This document shows positions 45,327 to 54,356 of a DNA stretch of 64,000 bases, piece by piece. The notes beneath the pieces are model-generated. The model did not search any database. It saw only the letters and a list, made by a program, of their open reading frames with translations, and had not been told where the DNA came from. Source of the DNA: Anaerolineae bacterium (GTDB taxonomy: Bacteria; Chloroflexota; Anaerolineae; B4-G1; DUEL01); assembly GCA_034434635.1 (NCBI GenBank), contig DAOTYX010000079.1, positions 16,212-80,211 on the forward strand, written 5' to 3'. A program made the translations under genes and the position numbers. Position 1 is the stretch's first letter, and every line of letters starts with the position of its first letter.

Positions 45327-45947
45327 ATGCCCGTCCGCAAGCGACAACTCCCGGAGATTCCCCCCGAACTGGTCGGCACGGTGCACCTGACCCCGCTGGA
45401 CCAGATCTACAACTGGGCGCGCAAGCGCTCGCTGTGGCCCATCTTTTTCGGGCTGGCCTGCTGCGCCATTGAGATGATCGCTGCCGCCGCTGGTCGCTTC
45501 GACCTGTCCCGCTTCGGCATGGAGATCATGCGCGCCAGTCCCCGCCAGGGCGACCTGATGATGGTCACCGGCACGGTGACGAAGAAGATGGCCCCTCAGG
45601 TGGTGCGCCTGTATAACCAGATGGCGGAGCCGAAGTACGTCCTGGCGATGGGCGCCTGCGCTATCTCCGGTGGCCCATTCAAGGAAGGGTACAACGTCGT
45701 CTCTGGGGTGGATAAACTGATCCCGGTGGACATCTACGTCCCCGGTTGCCCGCCCCGCCCCGAGGCGCTGCTCAACGGCCTCCTCAGCCTCCATGCGCGC
45801 ATGGAACGGGAATCCATCCGCGACCTGCGCTGGTACCGCAAAGGCGAGGTGGAGGAGGGTATCCCGGTGCCGGACTTGGGGCCTGACCTGATTGACTGGC
45901 GGCTGGCCGAACGGCTGGAGCCGACCGTGCGGCAGGCGGAGGAGTGA
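45327..45947 (+). CDS. nuoB: NADH-quinone oxidoreductase subunit B
   Basis: CCAIEM, GxCA…GGPF, the DIYVPGCPP Cys ligands of cluster N2. RBS AAGGAGG. Confidence 0.9.
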   Translation: MPVRKRQLPEIPPELVGTVHLTPLDQIYNWARKRSLWPIFFGLACCAIEMIAAAAGRFDLSRFGMEIMRASPRQGDLMMVTGTVTKKMAPQVVRLYNQMAEPKYVLAMGACAISGGPFKEGYNVVSGVDKLIPVDIYVPGCPPRPEALLNGLLSLHARMERESIRDLRWYRKGEVEEGIPVPDLGPDLIDWRLAERLEPTVRQAEE

Positions 45948-45952
45948 TCGCT

Positions 45953-47713
45953 ATGTCCGAGACGACCCATCCAGAAGCCGACGCACTGATCGCCCACCTG
46001 CAGGAGCGTTTCCCCGGCGCCGTGCAACCCTCCCCGGCTCCCTTCACCGGCCTGATCGTCGCCCGTGAGCATCTGGTCGACGTCGCCACCCACCTGCGCG
46101 ACGAGTTGGGTTACCGCTACCTGGCCAGCGTCACCGGGGTGGACTACCCACAGGGGATGGACGGCCTGGCCCCACGCTTTGAGGTGGTCTACCACCTCTG
46201 CCAGGCCAGTGGCGCGCCGCTCACCCTCCACGTTCACGCCAGCCGCGAGGATCCCGCTGTCCCCTCGCTGGCGCCGCTCTTCCCCTCCGCCGTTGTCCAG
46301 GAGCGGGAGGCGTGGGACCTGCTGGGCATCCGTTTCGAAGGTCATCCCGACCTGCGGCGCATCCTCCTGTGGGAGGGCTTCGATGGCCACCCCCTGCGCA
46401 AGGACTGGCACGAGGTCTATTACGAAGAAGATCACAAGCCCTTCGAGAGCCGCTACCCTGCCGGGGAGCCGGTTCAGGCGGAAAGCCGCACCCCGCTGGG
46501 GAACAACCTGCGCTACCCGGAGGGCTGGTCCTTCGAAGACTGGCGGCCAATGGTGGATGTCTGGGGCTACCAGGCCCACGACGCAGTGGCCCAGGAGGAC
46601 AACCCAGATTTCCCGCTCGAGCGGGTCGTGCTGAATATGGGGCCGCATCATCCCAGCACCCACGGCGTGTTGCGCCTGCTGGTCACGCTGGAAGGAGAGA
46701 CCATCCGTCGGCTGGAGCCGGTGGTCGGTTTCCTCCACCGCTGCCACGACAAGATCGGCGAGCGCAACACCTGGCTGGGCAACATGCCCTACACCGATCG
46801 GCTGGACTATGTCTGTTCGATGTCGAACAACCTGGGCTACGCCATCGCCGTGGAGAAGTTGCTGGGGGTGGAGGTACCGCCGCGGGCGGAGTATATCCGC
46901 GTCATCATGGCCGAGTTCACCCGCTTCATGAACCACATCATTGACATCGGCTTCACCGGCAACGACCTGGGCATCTACTTCACGGCCATGCTGATGGGGA
47001 TGGAGGAGCGCGAACTGATCCTCGACCTGTTCGAGCGGGTCTCTGGCTCGCGCATGATGTGCAACTACATGCGCTTTGGCGGGGTGGCCCACGATATGGA
47101 CGAGGAAGCGGTGGCCCTGGCGCGGGAACTGGCCTTCGAACGGTTGCCGCGGGCGGTGGACAAGGTGGATGCCTACTTCACCGACAACGAGATTTTCCGC
47201 GCCCGCAGCGTCGGCGTGGGGGTGTTGCCGCCAGAGATGGCGGTGGCCTACGGCTGCACCGGCCCGCTGCTGCGCGGTTCGGGCGTCCCCTACGACCTGC
47301 GCCGCGCCGACCCCTACTCGGTCTACGACCAATTCGACTTCGACGTGGTGGTGGGGCAGAACGGCGATGTGTATGACCGGTACCTGGTGCGACTGGGGGA
47401 GATGCGGCAGAGCCTGCGCATCCTCCAGCAGGCGCTCGACCGGTTACCCGATGGGCCGGTGATGGCAGGCAAGAAGCAAGCCCTGGTCAAGGTGCCAGCG
47501 GGCGAATCCTACGGCCGGATCGAAGCGCCTAAGGGAGAGCTGGCCTACTACGTCGTGTCCGACGGCGGGACCAACCCCTACCGTTATCACGTGCGCGCCC
47601 CTTCATTCGTCAACCTCGGGGTGTTGGGGGAGATCTGCAAAGGACATCTGATCGGTGACGTGGTCATCATCCTGGCCAGCGTGGACATCACTCTGGGTGA
47701 GGTGGATCGCTAA
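45953..47713 (+). CDS. nuoCD: NADH-quinone oxidoreductase subunit C/D fusion
   Basis: The N-terminal ~190 aa is NuoC-like (30-kDa subunit). The remainder is NuoD (NMGPHHPSTHGVLRL, RxxxGxxH, C-terminal GELAYYVVSDG). The GGAG RBS sits 8 nt before the ATG. Confidence 0.9.
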   Translation: MSETTHPEADALIAHLQERFPGAVQPSPAPFTGLIVAREHLVDVATHLRDELGYRYLASVTGVDYPQGMDGLAPRFEVVYHLCQASGAPLTLHVHASREDPAVPSLAPLFPSAVVQEREAWDLLGIRFEGHPDLRRILLWEGFDGHPLRKDWHEVYYEEDHKPFESRYPAGEPVQAESRTPLGNNLRYPEGWSFEDWRPMVDVWGYQAHDAVAQEDNPDFPLERVVLNMGPHHPSTHGVLRLLVTLEGETIRRLEPVVGFLHRCHDKIGERNTWLGNMPYTDRLDYVCSMSNNLGYAIAVEKLLGVEVPPRAEYIRVIMAEFTRFMNHIIDIGFTGNDLGIYFTAMLMGMEERELILDLFERVSGSRMMCNYMRFGGVAHDMDEEAVALARELAFERLPRAVDKVDAYFTDNEIFRARSVGVGVLPPEMAVAYGCTGPLLRGSGVPYDLRRADPYSVYDQFDFDVVVGQNGDVYDRYLVRLGEMRQSLRILQQALDRLPDGPVMAGKKQALVKVPAGESYGRIEAPKGELAYYVVSDGGTNPYRYHVRAPSFVNLGVLGEICKGHLIGDVVIILASVDITLGEVDR

Positions 47714-48300
47714 TGTACATCGGATGGGGCTTCCTCAAATCGTTCGGCGTAACCGCGCGTCGCTTCATCGAGAGTTATGTAGACGATCTGAAGTGGTTCC
47801 TCAAGGGCGGCTTCGGCAAGCGATACACGCCCGAAGCGCTGGCAGTGCGTCAGCGCCCATCCACGGCACGGGGCATCTTCGTCGTGCAGTATCCGGCGGA
47901 GCGCCTCCCGCTGCCGGAACGGTATCGCGGTTTCCCGTTCCTGGTCTACGACGAGGATCCGGCCAGGCCGCGCTGCACCGCCTGCGGCATGTGCGCCCGC
48001 GTCTGCCCGCCGCAGTGCATCTGGATCGTCCGCGCCAGCGACCCGGCCACCGGCAAGCCGCTGCGCGAGCCAGCGCAGTTCCACATTGACATCAGCATCT
48101 GCATGTCCTGCGGCCTCTGCGCCGAGTTCTGCCCATTCGGCGCGATCAAGATGGGGCACGATTACGAGATCGCCGTCTTCGAGCGCCAGACGTCATTGCT
48201 GTGGAATCGAGAACGGCTGCTGCGGCCGGTCTCCTACCACGCCCAGATTCATCCCACGGCCTACGCGGAGGAAGCGGCGAAAGCACAGAAGGATGAGTGA
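47713..48300 (+). CDS. nuoI: NADH-quinone oxidoreductase subunit I
   Basis: Two 4Fe-4S ferredoxin motifs, CTACGMCARVCP and CMSCGLCAEFCP. Its ATG overlaps the nuoCD stop (TAATG). Confidence 0.85.
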   Translation: MYIGWGFLKSFGVTARRFIESYVDDLKWFLKGGFGKRYTPEALAVRQRPSTARGIFVVQYPAERLPLPERYRGFPFLVYDEDPARPRCTACGMCARVCPPQCIWIVRASDPATGKPLREPAQFHIDISICMSCGLCAEFCPFGAIKMGHDYEIAVFERQTSLLWNRERLLRPVSYHAQIHPTAYAEEAAKAQKDE

Positions 48301-49102
48301 GTCATCCGAGCAAAGGATGATCGTCGGTGTGCGCTTCCACACCGGCGGTAAGGTATACCACTTCGACCCCGGCGGCTGCGACGATCTGGCCGCCGGGGAC
48401 TTCGTCGTTGTGGACACGGCGCGCGGCCGGCAGATCGGCCAGGTGGTCTATCGCCAGCCGGCGGGGAAGGACACCCCGGCCGACCTCAAGCCCATCCTCT
48501 GGGTGGCTTCGGGGAAGGAACTGGCTTTGCGGCAGCGCTGGGAGGCGCGGGCACGCCAGGCGCTGGAACTGGCGCGGCAAAAGGCGCGGGAGCAGAACCT
48601 GGAGATCAAACTGGCCGCTGCCGAGTACACCCTCGACGGGAAACAGTTGACCCTGCTCTACGTCACCGGGACGAAGGAGGAGGTACAGACGCTGCAGCGG
48701 CTGATGGGCCGCGCGCTGCACAAGCGGGTAGAGATGCGCCAGATCGGCCCGCGCGACTACGCCCGGATGCTGGGGGGGTACGGCGCGTGCGGAGAACCGC
48801 GCTGCTGCACCCGCTTCCTGGCTGACTTCGCTCCTATCTCCATCCGCATGGGCAAGGAACAGGGCATCTCCCTCACGCCGAGCGAGATCACCGGCATGTG
48901 CGGGCGGCTACGCTGCTGTCTGGCCCACGAGTACGAGATGTACGTCGAAGAGAGCAAGAACCTCCCCCGGCGCAAGGCCCGCGTGCGCACACCCCATGGG
49001 GAGGGTCGGGTGGTGGACCTGCTGCCGCTGAAGGGGGCGGTGGTTGTCGAGATAGAGGAACGCCGGATCGAGGTGCCGGTGGAGGAGGTTGAACTTCTCT
49101 GA
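48293..49102 (+). CDS. PSP1 domain protein (YaaT/RicT-like)
   Basis: VYHFDPGGCDDLAAGDFVVVDTARG and the conserved Cys cluster CGEPRCCTRF…CGRLRCCL of PSP1 C-terminal domain proteins. It overlaps the nuoI stop. Confidence 0.7.
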   Translation: MSESSEQRMIVGVRFHTGGKVYHFDPGGCDDLAAGDFVVVDTARGRQIGQVVYRQPAGKDTPADLKPILWVASGKELALRQRWEARARQALELARQKAREQNLEIKLAAAEYTLDGKQLTLLYVTGTKEEVQTLQRLMGRALHKRVEMRQIGPRDYARMLGGYGACGEPRCCTRFLADFAPISIRMGKEQGISLTPSEITGMCGRLRCCLAHEYEMYVEESKNLPRRKARVRTPHGEGRVVDLLPLKGAVVVEIEERRIEVPVEEVELL

Positions 49103-49104
49103 GG

Positions 49105-49128
49105 GGGCGCGGTCGGGAGACCGCGCCC
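49105..49128. terminator. Family C hairpin GGGCGCGGTC-ggga-GACCGCGCCC between convergent genes
   Basis: A perfect 10-bp stem between the PSP1 gene (+) and the GH1 gene (-). Confidence 0.45.
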
Positions 49129-49137
49129 ATTCGCTTC

Positions 49138-50469
49138 TCACTCCGGCAACAGCAGCGGCCGCAATTCCGGCGTGTACTCGTCGATGATCTCGGGGGTGAT
49201 ACCGTTGGCGCGGCAGATGTCCCGGTAGAGCAGCGCCGAACGGCGTACGGTGCGTTTCTGGGTTTGTGGGTCCACCTCGATCAGCCCGAAGCGCAGGTTC
49301 CACCCCTCCGCCCACTCGAAGTTGTCCACCAGCGTCCAGTGATAGTACCCCATCACCAACCGACAGCCCTGGATGGCGCGCCAGACCTGGTGCAGGTGGG
49401 TGACGATGTGGCGTGGGCGCTGGTCATCGTCAGCGTCGGGGATGCCGTTCTCGGTGATGTAGATGGGCAGCCGCAGGCGGGAGAGCCGGTTGAGGAAACG
49501 GCTCATCCCTGCCGGGTAGAACTCGCCGTATCCCCCGTCCAGCAGTTCGGCGTCCGGCAGGTGGAAGCGACGGCTGAACAGCGCCTCCGGCGCCCGGCGG
49601 TCGAAGGCCACCACGTCCCGCGTGTAGTAGTTCAGCCCCACCCAGTCCAGGGTATGACGCAACTTCCAGACCAGGCCGAAGCCCAGCGGCCAGAGCCAGC
49701 GGCCACGGGTGACGGCGGCCAGGAAGGACTCGTTGAACATGCGATCCTGGAGCGCAGCCGCCCAGCGGTCGAGGAGGGAGCGAGGCCTGGCGGGGTCGAA
49801 GATGCGCATGTTGTGAGCGAAGCCCACGCGCGCCTGGGGTTGGAGGGCGTGGATGCGACGGTAGGCGGCAGCGTGACCGCGCATCAGGTTGCGTCCCACG
49901 CGCATCCCGGCGGCCGAGTCCTGCCGGCCTGGGGGGAAGATACCAACAATGTAGCCGAGGGTAGCGACGACATTCGGCTCGTTGACCGTGCACCACAGGT
50001 CACAGAACTCCCCCAACGCCTCCACCACACGGGCCACGTACCGCTCGAAGAGCGGAATGGCGCGGGGGTTCTCCCAGCCGCCCATCTCAACCAACCACAT
50101 CGGGTTGGTGAAATGGTGCAGAGTGACCATCGGCTCGATGCCCCGTTCACGCAGGCCGCGCAGCATCGTGCGATAGCGCTCCAGTGCTGCGTCGTCAAAG
50201 TAGCCCTCACGCGGCTCGATGCGCGACCACTCGACGGAGAGGCGGTGGGCGTTCTGCCCCAACTCGGCAGCCCGGTCGAAGTCCTCCTCCGCCCGCTCCC
50301 ACCAGTTGCAGGCCAGAGCGGAACGCTGGCCGCCCTTGATGTGCCCCTCCCCCTGCTCCCAGGCCCACCAATCGTTGTTGGTGTTGTTTCCCTCGACCTG
50401 ATGAGCAGCCGTCGCCGTGCCCCACTTGAAGTCCGGAGGAAAATGAAAAGTTGCCCGCGTCATCGCCAT
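49138..50469 (-). CDS. Glycoside hydrolase family 1 beta-glucosidase
   Basis: FKWGTATAAHQVEGN, TLHHFTNPMWL (catalytic acid NP) and ITENG (nucleophile) motifs. Confidence 0.85.
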   Translation of the reverse strand: MAMTRATFHFPPDFKWGTATAAHQVEGNNTNNDWWAWEQGEGHIKGGQRSALACNWWERAEEDFDRAAELGQNAHRLSVEWSRIEPREGYFDDAALERYRTMLRGLRERGIEPMVTLHHFTNPMWLVEMGGWENPRAIPLFERYVARVVEALGEFCDLWCTVNEPNVVATLGYIVGIFPPGRQDSAAGMRVGRNLMRGHAAAYRRIHALQPQARVGFAHNMRIFDPARPRSLLDRWAAALQDRMFNESFLAAVTRGRWLWPLGFGLVWKLRHTLDWVGLNYYTRDVVAFDRRAPEALFSRRFHLPDAELLDGGYGEFYPAGMSRFLNRLSRLRLPIYITENGIPDADDDQRPRHIVTHLHQVWRAIQGCRLVMGYYHWTLVDNFEWAEGWNLRFGLIEVDPQTQKRTVRRSALLYRDICRANGITPEIIDEYTPELRPLLLPE

Positions 50470-50569
50470 CTCCCTATCACGGATTCAGCGGAATCAGCAG
50501 ATTAAGCAGATGAGGCGGATTTCGCGCTCGCCAGGGGTCTTTGACCTCCGGGCTAAGCGCTAAATCTGC

Positions 50570-52102
50570 TCAATCCGCCGATGGATTCCCCTGCATGCGA
50601 CGCTCTGCGCCGCGAACAGCACGCAACGGGACAGCCACCTCATGCGCCAGCGCCCGAAAATGGCCCCAGGCCGCCCATTCCGACGGCAGGGCGCGCAGGT
50701 CAGCGGCTACCTGTCCCAGCGCCTCCGGCTCCACCCAGCGGAAACCGGAGATGCGCTCGTCGCTATCGTTGACCGCTGGCTCGCCCGCCACGTCGCCCCG
50801 CACCAGCCAGGAATGGAAGAAGAAGCGAGAGCGACCGTAGCACAGGGTATAGGTCAGCAGGCCCAGCGGCTCTGGCCGACCGACCACAAGTCCCGTCTCC
50901 TCTTCGGCCTCCCGCGCGGCAGCGGCCAGCACGTCCTCGCCCTGGCGGATGCCGCCGCTGGGCAGGCGATAGACGCCGGGCGGGTAGAAGCGTTTGGTGT
51001 GCAGCAGCAGTTGACCATCCGGGCGGCGCAGGAAGAGCACCACCTCGCCCATGCGCCCCGACTGCGCCGCGCGGGCGGTGGCGTCAAGCAGGCGCGGGTC
51101 AGCCGCCAGGCGATGGTGGCGGTGAGGAAGCGGACCATAGCGCGCCTCCAACGCCGCGCGTTGGTTCTCGACAGCCACTGCCGCCGTTGCCGGGCGGCGG
51201 GTGGGGAGCCACAGGGCGAACAGGCTCAGGGCGAGCGCCGCTGTCGCCAGCAGGCCCCCCTCCGGGCCGAACGCGCCGCCGGTCAGCAGCGGAGGGCCGC
51301 TCGTGCCCAGAGCCAGCAAACCGGCCCAGTCCGTGCCACTCACCGGGAAGCCCAGCAGCGGCCCCTGCGCCAGGTTCCAGGCGAAATGGTAACCCACCGC
51401 CATCCATAGCGTGCCGGTCCGCTCAACCACTACAGCGAAGAGGACGCCGGCCAGGAAGATGTTGAACATCGCCAGGAGGTTGAAGTTGGGGTTCAGCGTA
51501 TGTACCAGGGCAAAGAGGAACGAGGAAGAGAGGACCGCTGCCCAGGGGCCGCGCCAACCGCCCACCGCGCGCAGCACGTAGCCGCGGAAAGTCACCTCCT
51601 CCGCTGCTGCCAGCGGAAGCATGGCCAGGGCGTACAGGAGGAAAGTTGCCGCGCCACCCGTCCCTCGTTCCCAGGCGCTCCACCCGCAGACCAGCGTCAC
51701 GCCGGCGATGAGCAGCATAGCCCCCAGGCCGAGGGCGAAGCCCAGCGCCCCATCCCGTCCGGCGCGCTGACCGGCCAGGCCCATCGTCGCCGCCGGCTCA
51801 CGGTCGAGCAGGCGACCGAACAGCAAGGCAAACCCCAACGCGACGGTCAGGCGGGACAGTCCCGTCGCCAGCATGAGCAGCGGCGGCATCTGGCCACTCA
51901 GGCGGGTGACCACGGCCTCAAGGGGGAGACGGGCCACCAGCAGCAGCACAGCGGCGTAGGCCAGGCTCAGCAGGAGGTCGAGCAGCAGGCTCGTCCCCAG
52001 CACGACAACGAGGTAGGCCGCTGTGCGCCAGGCGGGATGGAGGCGGTCGCCGCGCAGGAAAAACCGTGCTACCGCGGCACGTCCAGTGACTCGATGCCCC
52101 AC
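50570..52102 (-). CDS. CPBP-family intramembrane metalloprotease (CAAX protease-like) fused to a C-terminal NUDIX hydrolase domain
   Basis: The N-terminal half has multiple TM helices with CPBP motifs EExxxR (AAEEVTFRGY), FxxxH (FALVHTLN) and HxxxN (YHFAWNLAQ). The C-terminal half has a Nudix box GGIRQGEDVLAAAAREAEEETGL. Confidence 0.6.
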   Translation of the reverse strand: MGHRVTGRAAVARFFLRGDRLHPAWRTAAYLVVVLGTSLLLDLLLSLAYAAVLLLVARLPLEAVVTRLSGQMPPLLMLATGLSRLTVALGFALLFGRLLDREPAATMGLAGQRAGRDGALGFALGLGAMLLIAGVTLVCGWSAWERGTGGAATFLLYALAMLPLAAAEEVTFRGYVLRAVGGWRGPWAAVLSSSFLFALVHTLNPNFNLLAMFNIFLAGVLFAVVVERTGTLWMAVGYHFAWNLAQGPLLGFPVSGTDWAGLLALGTSGPPLLTGGAFGPEGGLLATAALALSLFALWLPTRRPATAAVAVENQRAALEARYGPLPHRHHRLAADPRLLDATARAAQSGRMGEVVLFLRRPDGQLLLHTKRFYPPGVYRLPSGGIRQGEDVLAAAAREAEEETGLVVGRPEPLGLLTYTLCYGRSRFFFHSWLVRGDVAGEPAVNDSDERISGFRWVEPEALGQVAADLRALPSEWAAWGHFRALAHEVAVPLRAVRGAERRMQGNPSAD

Positions 52103-54045
52103 AGTTCACTCTCCTCGGACGGGTCCAGAGTGAAGTTTGCCATACCGGGACGGGTCATCGCCACGCGCACCCACCAGAACAGTGGCAGGTCAGGCAACTG
52201 CTGGGAGAAGATCTCCTGTGCTGCGAGGTGGTTCTGCGTGTACTCCTGACTGCCCGGCAGCGCGGCCAGGGCGGCGCGGCAGGTGCCATCATAGGTGTCG
52301 AGCGAGAACCCGGCGATGTTGAAATTGCGCTGCGTCCAGTTGTCCGGCCCCGGAATCTCCTCGGTCAGGTAGAGCGCGCAGGGCGGTTCCACACCGTTGA
52401 GCCAGTGGGAGAGCACCAGGTCGAACTGGCGGCCCATCACCGGCCCCTCCGGCCCATCGCGCCAGAACTCGTCCCAGGGCAGGAACTCCAGGTCCACGTC
52501 AATGCCGCAGTCCAACAGGTTGGCGCGGATAATGCGGGCGATCGCCTCGCGCTGTCGCTCCTCAGCGGCCAGGGTGAGCCGCACCTGGAAAGGCGTGCCA
52601 CGGCGGACCCCAGTCACGTTCTGTGCTTCCAGCACCCCGTCACCATTCTCGTCAACCCAGCCGACCTCCGCCAGCAAGGCTCGTCCGGCCTGGGGGTCAT
52701 AGGGCCAGCGGGTCAGCCGGTCCCCAGCAAAGAGGGGGTGGTCAGGCAGGACGTAAGAGTCGGCGATGCGGCCCAGGCCCATGGTCGCCTCGTCCACCAG
52801 CGCCTGGCGGTCCACGCACTGGGCGATTGCCTGACGCACCCGCACATCGCCGAAGAAGTCCGGCCGGTTGTAAGTGGAGACCGGGACGACACCGAACTCC
52901 AGGTGCTCCCAGGCCTCGCTGGGGGCGACGGCCAGCGTCAGCAGACCCTGCTCCTGCGCGGCGATGAGGAAAGGCATCACCTCGCTGAGCCGCTCATAGG
53001 AGGGGCCCGAACCGCCCATCTGCCCGTCACGCAGCAGACCCACATCGCACTGCCCGTCCACGAGCATGCTGGTCAGCTGGTAGATGTCGCGGGCGAAGCG
53101 GACGGTCACGCGGTCGAGGTGGGGCAACCCCTCCCCAGCGCGGAAATAGTGAGGGTTGCGTTCCAGTGTGATGTGGTCTCCCTCCTCCCACTCGGTGATG
53201 ACGAACGGTCCCCACCCCAGCGGCTGACGGGTGCTCTCGACGCGGGTGAGCAGGTCAGCAGGGGTTGCGTGTAATGTCCGTTGCCAGAGATGACGTGGTA
53301 GAGGACTGAAGAAGTTGAGGAAGTAGAGGTCGTCCACATATCCCGGCAGGCCGGTCCAGACGACGGTGGCAGTGCCAGCAGCAGCGTAGGAGGCGGTACG
53401 CTCACAGAGGTCTTTGACGAAAGCCGTGGCGGCGCTGGTCGGCGTGTCGGGGTCGCACGCGACCTCGTAACTGTAGACCGAGTCGTCCGCTGTGACCGGC
53501 TCCCCATCCGACCAGGTCACGCCGTCCAGCAGTTGCCAGGAGACGACCATGCGCTCCATCTCGATGGGCGTGCCGTCGAAGGTGGCGACGCAGTCGGGAT
53601 TGGCCAGGTCCACACAGGTATGCCGGGGGAGGACCTGCACTCCCGCGGTCAGTTCCACGACCCGCCCGTTGACGTCCACCACCCGATCTCCCTCCTGGAC
53701 GACGATGGGATCGAAGTAGGCATCCCCTTCCTCCAGGCTGGGCAGCCCGTCCAGAATGACTGGCTGGAAGGCGTAGTTCCGGTGGTCAATGGGGCCGTCG
53801 TAGATGGCTTCCAGTACGTGGCGGGCGGCCGCGGAACTGGCGTAAAGGTAGAGCGTCTCCGGCTCGCCCTCCTGGCAGATGACCAGTTCGGCGGTGGTGG
53901 GGGCCGGCGTCGGCGTGGCGGTGACCACTTCCGGAGGGCTGGTCACCACAACCGTCTCCACAGGTGGCGACCCAGGAGCCACACAGGCCGTCAGCAACCC
54001 TCCCATCAGTGCCAGCAGCAAGGCAATCTTTGACCCGTTCGCCAT
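52069..54045 (-). CDS. ABC transporter substrate-binding lipoprotein, family 5 (oligopeptide/nickel-type)
   Basis: Signal peptide with a lipobox (LLTAC), ~650 aa and SBP_bac_5-like conserved blocks. Confidence 0.7.
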   Translation of the reverse strand: MANGSKIALLLALMGGLLTACVAPGSPPVETVVVTSPPEVVTATPTPAPTTAELVICQEGEPETLYLYASSAAARHVLEAIYDGPIDHRNYAFQPVILDGLPSLEEGDAYFDPIVVQEGDRVVDVNGRVVELTAGVQVLPRHTCVDLANPDCVATFDGTPIEMERMVVSWQLLDGVTWSDGEPVTADDSVYSYEVACDPDTPTSAATAFVKDLCERTASYAAAGTATVVWTGLPGYVDDLYFLNFFSPLPRHLWQRTLHATPADLLTRVESTRQPLGWGPFVITEWEEGDHITLERNPHYFRAGEGLPHLDRVTVRFARDIYQLTSMLVDGQCDVGLLRDGQMGGSGPSYERLSEVMPFLIAAQEQGLLTLAVAPSEAWEHLEFGVVPVSTYNRPDFFGDVRVRQAIAQCVDRQALVDEATMGLGRIADSYVLPDHPLFAGDRLTRWPYDPQAGRALLAEVGWVDENGDGVLEAQNVTGVRRGTPFQVRLTLAAEERQREAIARIIRANLLDCGIDVDLEFLPWDEFWRDGPEGPVMGRQFDLVLSHWLNGVEPPCALYLTEEIPGPDNWTQRNFNIAGFSLDTYDGTCRAALAALPGSQEYTQNHLAAQEIFSQQLPDLPLFWWVRVAMTRPGMANFTLDPSEESELWGIESLDVPR

Positions 54046-54356
54046 AGAGGGTCCTCCTTACGTTTGTCGGGTATCGTCGGCAGTGAAGTGGTTGGGGCAT
54101 TATACCCGTAATGGGAGGGGAAGTCAACGAGGCGACGGGATTGCAGTCGTGTTGCGGTGTAACTGCTCAGCCGTCTGGCGCCTGGCGACTGAAGTCGCGG
54201 CTACTGATGGCAAAGCCCGCCTGCGCGGTCTGGCCCAATCGCTGCAGGGCGACTCGGCGCAGGCAGGCGCGGCTTCAGCCACAGCCTGAGCCGTTGTGTT
54301 GCGGTTGGATGAAGAGAGTTGTCAAGAGGGAAAAACTCTGCTATGCTGAATGCAGG

